Source: a bacterium (GTDB taxonomy: Bacteria; Zixibacteria; MSB-5A5; GN15; FEB-12). From it: a DNA stretch of 64,000 nt. The position numbers were made by a program, and so were the translations under genes. Each line of letters opens with the position of its first letter. Position 1 is the first letter of the stretch. A model generated the notes under the pieces. The model searched no databases, had not been told where the DNA came from, and saw only the letters and a list, made by a program, of their open reading frames with translations. Location of the stretch: assembly GCA_043811375.1 (NCBI GenBank), contig JBDRNJ010000064.1:1-64000 (forward strand). Reading direction: 5' to 3'. Below are positions 20,445-30,000 of the stretch, piece by piece.

Positions 20445-20846
20445 ATGATCTGGATACTTGTCTTAATTTACTGTGGTATCTGTGCTGCTCTATGCAGTGT
20501 TGTTGCAGATGCGAAAAACTATCACCCATCACGATGGGCCATACTTGGCTTTCTTACTGGCATATTTGGGTTAATTGCCATTGTTGGTATGCCACAACAA
20601 TCCAGTAGTGCGGTGTCTGAGGGCAAGTCGAGCGAGATCATAAGGCGGAATGAAGCTCTATGCTCTTTGTTAGCAACAGCGAAAGAGCCAAGAGAGTATG
20701 TTCTGATTGTTGGTGAAAAGACATGGTGCCCTCATTGTATAGAACCTGTAGATTCGGAAAATGCTGATTGGGGTTCATCAGTGTCTGTAGTTTGTGGAAA
20801 ATGCGGTGGAAGGATTCTCTACAAAAAGAAGGATACAGATAATTGA
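20445..20846 (+). CDS. Hypothetical small membrane protein with C-terminal Zn ribbon
   Basis: Two hydrophobic helices, then CPHC...CGKC; GAGG RBS; visibly AT-rich DNA. Confidence 0.7.
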   Translation: MIWILVLIYCGICAALCSVVADAKNYHPSRWAILGFLTGIFGLIAIVGMPQQSSSAVSEGKSSEIIRRNEALCSLLATAKEPREYVLIVGEKTWCPHCIEPVDSENADWGSSVSVVCGKCGGRILYKKKDTDN

Positions 20847-20915
20847 ATACTAAAGAAGCAATGGTTGGCCGGTGGTTAACATAATATCTCTTATGGGACA
20901 TTACTAACCAAATCA

Positions 20916-21608
20916 ATGAAGCTCTCAATCATAATACCGGTTTACAACGAGGTCTCCACTCTTGAGGAGCTTCTCCGGGCTGTAAAGATAGCCCCGGTAC
21001 CCGACAAGGAGATAATCGTTGTCGATGACTTCTCCACCGATGGCACCCGCAAGTTACTTGAAGAGAAACTTGAAGCCGAAGTCGATCGGGTCATCTACCA
21101 GCCGCGCAATTTCGGCAAGGGCTTCGCTCTCAAGGCCGGCTTCAAGGCTGCCACCGGCGACATAGTCATGGTCCAGGATGCCGACCTGGAATACGATCCT
21201 AACGAGTATCCGGCCCTGATCGATCCGATTATCAACGACAAAGCTGATGTTGTCTATGGTTCGCGTTTTCAGGGCGGCGCCCCCCACCGGGTGGTCTATT
21301 TCTGGCATTATGTCGGCAACCGCTTCCTGACACTGCTTTCGAATATGCTGACCAACCTCAATCTGACCGACATGGAGACCTGCTACAAGGTCTTTCGCCG
21401 GGAGATTATTCAATCAATCGACATCTGCGAACCTCGTTTCGGTTTTGAGCCGGAGATCACGGCCAAAATTGCCCGCAAACGGGTGCGGATATTTGAGATC
21501 GGTATTTCATATTATGGCCGGACATATTCCGAGGGCAAGAAAATCGGCTGGCGTGACGGTGTTCGGGCAGTCTGGTGTATCCTGAAGTATAATTTGTTCA
21601 AGAAGTAG
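20916..21608 (+). CDS. GT2 glycosyltransferase (polyprenol-phosphate glycosyltransferase-like)
   Basis: [42 protein letters not shown]. Confidence 0.93.
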   Translation: MKLSIIIPVYNEVSTLEELLRAVKIAPVPDKEIIVVDDFSTDGTRKLLEEKLEAEVDRVIYQPRNFGKGFALKAGFKAATGDIVMVQDADLEYDPNEYPALIDPIINDKADVVYGSRFQGGAPHRVVYFWHYVGNRFLTLLSNMLTNLNLTDMETCYKVFRREIIQSIDICEPRFGFEPEITAKIARKRVRIFEIGISYYGRTYSEGKKIGWRDGVRAVWCILKYNLFKK

Positions 21609-21681
21609 GAACTGTAAATGCACCTCAAGAGGTGCGCCACCCCTGCCGGGCTTATTCTTGCGCCGTGTGTACCCACCTTAA

Positions 21682-21812
21682 GGGACTGTTGAAAAAGCCC
21701 CATTCACGTCATTGCGAGCGACAGCGTGGCAATCTCGGATATTGAATGTCAACGAGATAGCCACGTCGCTTCGCTCCCCGCTATGACGTTTGTTATGTTT
21801 ATCAACAAGCCC
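21682..21812. mobile_element. 131-bp MITE-like non-autonomous element
   Basis: Terminal inverted repeats GGGACTGTTGAAAAA / TTTATCAACAAGCCC (12/15 match), flanking TAA duplication, internal palindrome. Confidence 0.65.
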
Positions 21813-21878
21813 TAAAGGTGGGCCACCCGGTCCGAGAGTACAGCAGATCGGAGAGACAATCTGCTCTTTGTTCTTGCA

Positions 21879-22853
21879 TCACGCCCAGCCGCGTTTGCTC
21901 AAATTGCGGCGCTGGGTCTGATAAATGCGGCGGGATTTCATTGCCTGTAAATACCACTCGATATTGATCGCAAGACCGTCTTTAAGCAATACTTTGGGTG
22001 AATACCCCAACTTCCTGCGGGCCAGGTTGATATTACCCACAAACGATGTTATCTCCCCCACCCGTTTGCTGCTGCTGCTGATCCGGGAACGGGAGCCGAC
22101 CTGCGCCACGATCATTTTCGCCAGGTCGACAATCCTCTCCCCCACACCGCGAGACAGGTTGAAAGTCAGCCCGGTCACCCGGTCGAAGCGACGGACAATG
22201 CGCACCAGGCCATCGACGCAGTCATCCATGTAGGTGAAGTCGAGTTTCTTCTCACGGCCGAAGACGGTGATGTCGCGGTGGCGCACGGCGTAATAGATAA
22301 AGAGGGGGATGACGCGCTCGGAAACATCGTAGCGGCCGTAGACGTTTGACAGCCGGACAATTACCGGCCTGATACCGTAACATTCGTGGTAGGCGTGCAG
22401 CAACGCCTCGGTGCCGAATTTCGAGGCGGTGTAGGGTGATTTGATCTTTGTCAGGCTGACCGAATCCTCGCGCCGCTTCTCCCCTGCTCGCGATTCACCG
22501 TATACCTCGCGGGAGGAAGAGAACAGGAATCTGGTGATCTTATTGCGGCGGGCGAACTCCAGCAGGTTGTAGGTCATCAGGTAATTGTCGCGAGCGAGAT
22601 CGGGTCGGACAACGAGGTCATGCACGCGGGCGTTGGCAGCCAGGTGAACAATAGTATCAGGACGTCGGCGAAATTTGATTTTATCAAGCGTCTTGCGGAG
22701 ATCGTGGAAAACGGTGCGGCGTTCGATCTTTTCATCCCACAGGGAATGCTTGATATCCAGCGGGATGACATAGTCGCCACGGCGTATCAGTTCCTGCGAC
22801 AGCGCCGTGCCGACGGTGCCGGAAGAACCCGTGAGTAAGATAGTTCTGGCCAT
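21879..22853 (-). CDS. NAD-dependent epimerase/dehydratase (extended SDR)
   Basis: GSSGTVG, SSSREVYG, YTASK, NVYG; start 22853 or 22868. Confidence 0.92.
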   Translation of the reverse strand: MARTILLTGSSGTVGTALSQELIRRGDYVIPLDIKHSLWDEKIERRTVFHDLRKTLDKIKFRRRPDTIVHLAANARVHDLVVRPDLARDNYLMTYNLLEFARRNKITRFLFSSSREVYGESRAGEKRREDSVSLTKIKSPYTASKFGTEALLHAYHECYGIRPVIVRLSNVYGRYDVSERVIPLFIYYAVRHRDITVFGREKKLDFTYMDDCVDGLVRIVRRFDRVTGLTFNLSRGVGERIVDLAKMIVAQVGSRSRISSSSKRVGEITSFVGNINLARRKLGYSPKVLLKDGLAINIEWYLQAMKSRRIYQTQRRNLSKRGWA

Positions 22854-22854
22854 A

Positions 22855-24153
22855 TCAGATAAACTCAAATCCGGCCTGTTGCCATTTCTGTTGGTTTAGT
22901 ATGCCGTAATAATCACAGACAAGTTTGCGTCTCACCAGTCGCGTCGCTTGCACCGGCTTGAGTGACTTAAACTGCCGGTGAGCGGTGCCGATAATCACGG
23001 CCGAGGCCGCCTTGACGACCGCCTCAACACTGTCTTCCATCGGGAAGTTGCCCTCGACCAGCTTCCCGTGCCCTTTCAGATACGGTTCAAAGAAAGCGAC
23101 ACAGGCGCCGCGCCGTCTGAGCTTGAGCGCCAGTTTCACCGCTTGTGAGCCGCGCGTGTCGTCCACTTCGGGCTTAAAAGCGGCACCCAGTATGGCAATT
23201 TTTTTGCCTTTCAGCTTACCCAGTTTGGATTTCAAGCGATCAATCAACGTATCCAGCAGGCGTTCGTTGATCTCAAGCGCCGTGCGGGCTGACAGGAAGT
23301 CGAAACGAGTGCTGCTCTGTTCGGAGTTCAGCAGGTGACAGTCTTTGGGCAGGCAGGAGCCGCCAAACCCCAAACCCGGATCGAAATAATCCTGCCCGAT
23401 ACGGGGATCGAGACCTATCCCCCGCCTGATAGCTTGAATGTCCAGACCGTCGGCGCGGGTATACTCGGCAATTTCGTGAATGAACGCCAGCCGGTGGGCC
23501 AGGTAAACATTTGAGCCGAGTTTTATCAGTTCGGCCGATTTGCAATCGGTGACGATAAACGGCATCGTTTTCCTGTAAACTGATCTGTACAATCTCAGCA
23601 GTGGAGCTGCCGCAGCTTTTATATCGGCACCGATGACTACCCGCCATGGCCGGCAGGTATCCTGAAAGGCGCAGCCTTCGCGCAGAAACTCCGGATTGAC
23701 CACCAGGTGCACCCGGTCCGCTGCTTTGGTCTCCGTCAAGAGACGCTGGAACTGGTCGGAAAAGCCGATGATGTTGGTTGATTTCAGAACCACGGTCACT
23801 TTCGTCCGGCTCCGGGTTTCGGCTATACAGGTAACAATATGTTTGAAGCTGGCCAGGCGCATTTTCCACGAAGTCGGATCAACGGAATCAATCGCAATGA
23901 AAATAAACTGTGCCTGCCGGTAGTGTTCTTTCGTCGGACGACTAACCAGCAGCTTACCACTTTTAAGAACCTGTTTCAGCTTCGTCTGGAGTAACGGCTC
24001 GTGGAAATGCAGACGACCATGACTGAGAGATGTCACGGTGGCTGAATTCTTGTCAACGACCTTGACGCGGCATCCTTTATCGGCAAGGAAAACGGCCGTG
24101 GCCAGACCGACATAGCCGGCGCCGATTACCAGTACGTGAGGATGTGTTGTCAT
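22855..24153 (-). CDS. UDP-glucose/GDP-mannose dehydrogenase family protein
   Basis: GAGYVG, NPEFLREG, GFGGSCLPKD, AFKPEVDDTR. Confidence 0.94.
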   Translation of the reverse strand: MTTHPHVLVIGAGYVGLATAVFLADKGCRVKVVDKNSATVTSLSHGRLHFHEPLLQTKLKQVLKSGKLLVSRPTKEHYRQAQFIFIAIDSVDPTSWKMRLASFKHIVTCIAETRSRTKVTVVLKSTNIIGFSDQFQRLLTETKAADRVHLVVNPEFLREGCAFQDTCRPWRVVIGADIKAAAAPLLRLYRSVYRKTMPFIVTDCKSAELIKLGSNVYLAHRLAFIHEIAEYTRADGLDIQAIRRGIGLDPRIGQDYFDPGLGFGGSCLPKDCHLLNSEQSSTRFDFLSARTALEINERLLDTLIDRLKSKLGKLKGKKIAILGAAFKPEVDDTRGSQAVKLALKLRRRGACVAFFEPYLKGHGKLVEGNFPMEDSVEAVVKAASAVIIGTAHRQFKSLKPVQATRLVRRKLVCDYYGILNQQKWQQAGFEFI

Positions 24154-24170
24154 ACAGTTTCCTCAGCAAA

Positions 24171-24203
24171 AGATTGCCACGTCGGTTCGCGCCACGCAAG
24201 GAC
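24171..24203. repeat. Degenerate half-copy of the palindromic element at 21708-21787
   Basis: AGATTGCCACGTCGGTTCGCGCCACGCAAGGAC resembles AGATAGCCACGTCGCTTCGCTCCCCGCTATGAC. Confidence 0.55.
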
Positions 24204-24444
24204 GTATTCTATTATGTGTTCAGTCCGGAATCGCACTTTAAGGACAGCCTCCACAGGGTTTTAACCAGCAATAGTTGATACAACCGGCATTGTTTGCAAT
24301 CATGTTGCTATTATAAGAAGCAGGCAGCCTTAAGCCAAATGATTTCGATACCGGTGGCAAACCACTTCTATTCTCAACCGCGTAGCGGGTGCCAAAGGCA
24401 CATTGGTTGTCACTTTTATTATTGTGAGTAGAGTCACCACCAGA

Positions 24445-25347
24445 CTAAGACACGTTCCTGAAACCCCAGTTCAGCAGGCGGCGGGCTTCCCTGAAGCGCA
24501 GCTTGTCGCCCGGTACACCGAGCACAACCAGAGTCAACCTCTGTCCCTTTCGGTTTTGCACCAGTGTCGTCAGGCAGTAGTCGGAGTCTACTATGTAGCC
24601 CGTTTTCCCGGTAAGCACTTTGTATGGTGACAGAACCATTCGGTTGGTGTTGGCAAACTGCCGGTAGGTGTTTTTGCGATTGCAGATTTCGGCTCGGTAT
24701 TTTTTCCTGGCAGTAATGTCGGCAATCAGTTTATAGTCAACGGCGTAGTGCAAAATCTTGGCTACTTCGTGGGCAGTTGAGACATTGCGACTATCCAGGC
24801 CGGTGGGATCATAAAAGATCGTCTGCTCCAGGCCCATAGTGCGCACCTTGCGGTTCATTTCTTTGACAAACTGTTTTATCGATCCAGAGGTAACTCGAGC
24901 CAGGGCTTTAGTGGCTCGGTTGTCGGAATTCATCAGGGCGGCGTGCAGCAGATCACGCACCGTCAGTTCGTAGCCTACCCGCACACGCGAACGGCGGGAA
25001 CGTCGAGCATCCTCCCTGGTAATGGTTACCACCTGGTCCAGGTCAACACCCTTATCTATCACGACCATGGCGGATACTAACTTGCTGATGGAAGCGATCG
25101 ATCGGACAACGTCGCTGTTTTTGGAGTAGAGAACCTCACCGTTGTCATAGTTGATCAGCAGGGCTGCCTTGAGATTGAGATAGGGAGTTTTTTTACGAAC
25201 ATGGTCGAAATCGAAATGATAGTTTTTTCGCAACGGATAACCGGCCTCGGCCTCCCCCGCTTCCAGGAAGTAGACGGTGTTGGCCGAGAACAACACGAAG
25301 GCTGCCAGTAGTATCAGCACTTTCGGGAGTGTTTTGCGGTTAATCAT
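24445..25347 (-). CDS. S11 D-Ala-D-Ala peptidase (PBP7/PbpG-like endopeptidase)
   Basis: Signal peptide; SISK, SDN and KTG active-site motifs. Confidence 0.9.
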   Translation of the reverse strand: MINRKTLPKVLILLAAFVLFSANTVYFLEAGEAEAGYPLRKNYHFDFDHVRKKTPYLNLKAALLINYDNGEVLYSKNSDVVRSIASISKLVSAMVVIDKGVDLDQVVTITREDARRSRRSRVRVGYELTVRDLLHAALMNSDNRATKALARVTSGSIKQFVKEMNRKVRTMGLEQTIFYDPTGLDSRNVSTAHEVAKILHYAVDYKLIADITARKKYRAEICNRKNTYRQFANTNRMVLSPYKVLTGKTGYIVDSDYCLTTLVQNRKGQRLTLVVLGVPGDKLRFREARRLLNWGFRNVS

Positions 25348-25492
25348 CAGTTATCTCACCTGTGCCATACTCTGCCTGTTCAATATACACCCATAGCGGT
25401 CCTGACCAAATCATCGGGTCCGGACCGCCGGAAGCTTATAGCTATAAAATATACAGTTAGTACCAGGTGTGGTCCGAGTCAACAAAAAGTAG

Positions 25493-26260
25493 TCACGATT
25501 TCAACAGGCGCATAAAATCAACGGCGTTGGCCACAGCTTGTCCGAGATGGCAGTTGTTAAAGAAGGCATAGAGTCGTTTGACCTTATCCCGTGCCTTATA
25601 GATCTTCTCCAGCCAGACCAGCAACTCCTGTTCGGAGTAGCTGTAATCGTAGCGCAGCTTGCCGCCATCCCACCACTGTTGAGAATTGCGGCCGTGGAGA
25701 CGGATGTAGGCGGTGTCGGTGGTTGTCACCAGGTGGGGATTCATCAGACCGGGCAAGGCCGGCTCGTCGACACTGACATAACCGATATTCTCCGATCGCA
25801 GCCGGTCATACATGGTCCGGTTCTCCCAGCCGGCGTGACGAAACTCGACAAACAGGGGTCGCGGCGCCAGGGCTTCCCGGCAAATCGAAAGATAGTCCAG
25901 ACTGTCGGGACTGAACTTAAACGAGAAGGGGAATTGGGCCAGCAGGCCGGACAATTTGCCCGATTCCTCAATCGGTTTGAGCGCTTCTGTGAATTTAGCC
26001 AGATCGTCGGCGATGTCCATGCGGCGGTGCGTCATCGACTGGGGTACCTTGATCATGAAGTCAAAACCCGGCGGCGCTTTGCGAACAATGTTGGCCATAA
26101 CGGCCGGGTGCGGGATACGGTAGTAGGTCGAGTTTATCTCAACGGTGGGGAAGTGCCGCACATAATGATCGAGCATCTTCCCTTTCTCAATATCGGCGGG
26201 GTAAAACGGTCCTCGCCAGTCCTCGAAGCTATAGCCCGAGGTGCCTACTCTTATATCCAT
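25493..26260 (-). CDS. DUF72 family protein
   Basis: VGTSGYS, VEINSTYY, QFPFSF, VEFRH, YIRLHGR, FFNN. Confidence 0.93.
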   Translation of the reverse strand: MDIRVGTSGYSFEDWRGPFYPADIEKGKMLDHYVRHFPTVEINSTYYRIPHPAVMANIVRKAPPGFDFMIKVPQSMTHRRMDIADDLAKFTEALKPIEESGKLSGLLAQFPFSFKFSPDSLDYLSICREALAPRPLFVEFRHAGWENRTMYDRLRSENIGYVSVDEPALPGLMNPHLVTTTDTAYIRLHGRNSQQWWDGGKLRYDYSYSEQELLVWLEKIYKARDKVKRLYAFFNNCHLGQAVANAVDFMRLLKS

Positions 26261-26346
26261 AATGCGTTCCAGCCTGGCGGCATCGATGCCGTACTCCGTT
26301 ACTTGTCTTTAACCCGACTTCGGTATGCAAAGAATCACCCCAGTGG

Positions 26347-26769
26347 TCATTCATCCGTCAGTTCATAGTAGAAGTTGCGATTGGCGCATTCTTCAAAGGC
26401 GTCCGATGCCAGCTCACCGGCTACCCCCAGGTTGTCGTAGGGATGTTCGCAGATGTGGATGATCGGCAGCCAGTCCGGTTTGCTCAGGCACTCCGTGAAA
26501 ACAGCGGTCAGGGCTTTGACGACATTCTGTTTCACTACCCGGCTGATTCGCGGACAGTAGAGCACAAAATGAAGATACGGTCTCCCCTCCCGTCCATCCC
26601 AGAGCTTGCCGCCACTGGCGGCCTCGCCGACGTCGTACTCGCAGAAGCGCACGCCGAAAATCTCCGCTTCGAAGCGGGTGTTTTGTGCGAAGGTTTCAGT
26701 GAGTTTAGTAGCGAGTTGCTGCCTGGTATCGGTGTCGGTTCGGGGCATGGTGATTTCAAGGCATGGCAT
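26347..26769 (-). CDS. Tautomerase superfamily protein (Pro-1, two beta-alpha-beta units)
   Basis: GGGAG RBS before ATG 26769 gives an M-P start; two repeats of a 'K..L...LT..F' helix. Confidence 0.7.
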   Translation of the reverse strand: MPCLEITMPRTDTDTRQQLATKLTETFAQNTRFEAEIFGVRFCEYDVGEAASGGKLWDGREGRPYLHFVLYCPRISRVVKQNVVKALTAVFTECLSKPDWLPIIHICEHPYDNLGVAGELASDAFEECANRNFYYELTDE

Positions 26770-27006
26770 GGGGTGCTTCTCCCTTTCAGATGATATCATC
26801 AGGTAAAACTTCAGTCCACCCGACAGGTTATCTCAAATAGCGGTGTCAGAGCTTTATACGAAACCCGATTGAGGATGTCCATCACATTCTGCTGGTGTAA
26901 GCGATGTTAAAATGGGTTTGTTCGGTAAGCAACATTATTTTGAATTATCCAAGCCGGGAGGCTACTACACCAGCATTCCGGGCAAGAAGATTGCAGGCAA
27001 TAATAA

Positions 27007-27040
27007 CGCGGCCGCCAGTGGAGTAGCACCGGCGGCCGCG
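27007..27040 (-). terminator. Intrinsic terminator of the giant gene
   Basis: CGCGGCCGCC...GGCGGCCGCG 10-bp arms followed on the minus strand by TTATTATT. Confidence 0.65.
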
Positions 27041-27069
27041 ACAATTATCAGCGGCTATCTGTCGCTGCT

Positions 27070-30000
27070 CTACCGACAGCCTAGAGGCTGCGGTCCGCCC
27101 ATGAACAGATACTGTACGAGCCAGGTTAGATCGCCTACATCGAGAAGGCCACACGATCCATCGGCATCGGCTGCTTCCATCACCGGCGGCGGTGCCCCTC
27201 CCTGGAACAGGTAGGCCACCAGGTAGGTCAGGTCTCCTATACTTACCCGGCCATTGCCATCGACATCACCGGAAACATGACCGATCATCATCACCGTTCC
27301 GGTCGCCGTAAATGACGTGCTGTCATCAAACTTGCCGGAAACGGTGTAGTCCTGCTGGGTAGTGTCCCACAGCAGTGGGTAATCCAAAATGAAGTCCCTC
27401 ATCAGGAACGTGAGTTCCATCGCGTCACAGTAAAATCCATCCGGCAGGGGTACTACGGATGTGGTCAGGACTGCGATGGAATCGTTGATAATCAATGAGG
27501 TCGGATCGATATCGCCCACAATGTGCGAATCCGGAAAATCACCAACGAAAATGGATCCAATGAGAGAATCCACGGTGTAGGCCTGAGCCGCATACATCGT
27601 GTCGGGATCAGTTATTGTCAGCGCCTGCGCCGCACCGGTCACGTGGAGATGAACCGGAACGGTTACAGTCGGTTCATCAGGGTCGTTACTGGAAATGATA
27701 ATATCGGCGAAGTAGTCGCATTCGTAGAGATCAGTGGCATCAAACTTGATTGCGATAGTCATGGACGAGTCCTGTACAACGGTGCCGGATGTTGGTGAAG
27801 CGCTCACCCATCCCAATCCGCCTGTGGAATAACTGTCCCCACAGAAGCCGGAGAAACTGCGGATCGCCACGCCGGCCGGAGCGAACCCTGACAATGTTGA
27901 CGAGACCGTGTTCAGGAGGGTGATGCCGTCGGAATCGTACAGGTTTCCGGTGACCTGATTACCTTCTCCGAAAACTATCTCAAGTTTGTACCACTGGCCG
28001 ATCACATATGTCTGGTAGACTGAATCCAGATCCTGAAAGGAGTAACCGTTATTAAACTGAATATAGAGTTTATCAGTATTAGGTGCCGCGACCAGTGACC
28101 AGGCTCCTGCCGCTGAAGCACCAAAGCCCATGTACCAGCGGCCGGTACCGACTTTGGTCCACATCTCCAGCTTTTCTCCGGGTGCCCCGATTACGACATC
28201 TGTCCGGTAGTGCCAGTTAGGGTCCCCAATCCCCTGGGGACCATCGTGAGCACAGCCGCCAGTTACCGATCCACCGGAATAGACTACCACCCAAGGCGCC
28301 CACGGCCAAGTGGCAGTTGTATCGAAGTCCTCGATCATCCCACCTGACACGGTCGATATCGCAGACTCGGTTCCGGTTGAGTTAAAGCCGGAAACTTGAA
28401 GTGATATATCACTGTCGCTACTCTTATCCCGAGAGGAGTTAAGCAGTCGTATATAAGTTTGCTCATCCACGCCGTTAGCTGTCCAGGGAGGTAGCTCGTA
28501 AACAGCAGACTCGTTGTCTGTCCCCGGGTCAGAGACAGTGATCTGTTGTTGATGCGATACCTGATCTGTACCCGAGAGAGCGATACCGCCCATTGCGGGT
28601 GTGGTCACGTTTTCGACGGCCACTGTGAAAGTCAGATTGCTGACACCAACATTGGAAATTGTCAGTAGCTGCGTGGCCGTATCACCGGTGATCAGGTGCT
28701 GGAACATTGAGGTCGGCGCAACCGCTATATCGGGCGGTTCGACACCCATCCCTATCAACGCTACTACCACCGTCGGTTCGTCGATGTCATTGCTGGTAAT
28801 GGTAAGGTTACCGGCGATGCCGCCGATAGCGCTGGGAGTGAAGGTGACCGCAACCGGTTGACTCTCGCCGAGATTCAGTGCAAAACTCGTGATATCTACG
28901 GCGAAGTCGGAATTGTCAGAGGAGATATCGTAGACGAAAAGAGAATCCGTCCCATTGTTGGAAACCATCAGAGTCTCTGCAACAGTGCCGCCCAAAAAGA
29001 CGCTGCCAAAGCCAACAATGGTATCGGAAACAAAGATATTGGGCGCTCCGGTTACATGCAGACCGGCCGCCACGGCAACTGCCGAATCGTCGGGATCATT
29101 GCTGCGGATGATTATATCGGCGGTGTACAGACCGCCCGGCAGGCCGGTGGCGTCAAAGGTGACGTTGACATCAGTGGACGCACCGGCCGGAATAACGCCG
29201 GTTGTTGTATCCAGCCTGAGCCAGCCAACACCGCCTACCAGCCAATCGAATACCTGATTGCCGAAGAGCTGGTTATCGGCGTAGGCCAGATGGCTATTCA
29301 AAAACACCTCGTCCGACATGGCTACAATGTGACCCGAGACAACCTCACTGTAGGCACAGGCTGGCGTGCCGCCTGCATCATTGACCAGAACACCGGCCGG
29401 CGCCACTACCGTGTCAAGATAAGCGACATTACCGCTGAAGTAGATGCTGTCGACATCGGTAGTCGTCTCGTGAGACAGAATATCACCGCTGATACCGGGA
29501 GCACCGCTGATACCAATATAATGTATACCGGCTTCCAGAGCCTCTAACAGCGCGTTGTATATACCTACCGTGGAAGCGTTGTCTCCTTCCAGCAATAGAC
29601 CACCACCGGCCTTGAGCCAGGGAGCGATAGCTTTCACCTCTCCGTTGGTAAACGGTGAGTTAATGTCCACTGTCCAGAATACATCGTAATCGGCCAGAAG
29701 CGTAGCCGAGATGGGGTCGAAATTTACCGTGACGGTGGCCCCACGTGACTGCAGATCGGCGATAAGCGTCGACCATGACGAAGTAGTGGTCTGGCCATGC
29801 GATTGATCCCAGAGGATCTGTACATCGGTCAGATCATCCAGCATGGCTTCAATAGGCGTTGTCCGGGGCTCACCGGCTTCAATACCGTCTTCGGCCTCAA
29901 GGTCCGGAGTCTCGGTGTTCGGGTTGGGCGCCGTCAAAGTGTAAAGTTTACTGGCGACAGTGTCAGACGGAACCGTGGATGCCTCCCAGATCAAGTCACT

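Noticed and set aside
24204..24444. c-di-GMP riboswitch suggested by GGCAAACC
   Set aside because: The rest of the motif is absent and it lies on the strand opposite the downstream gene.
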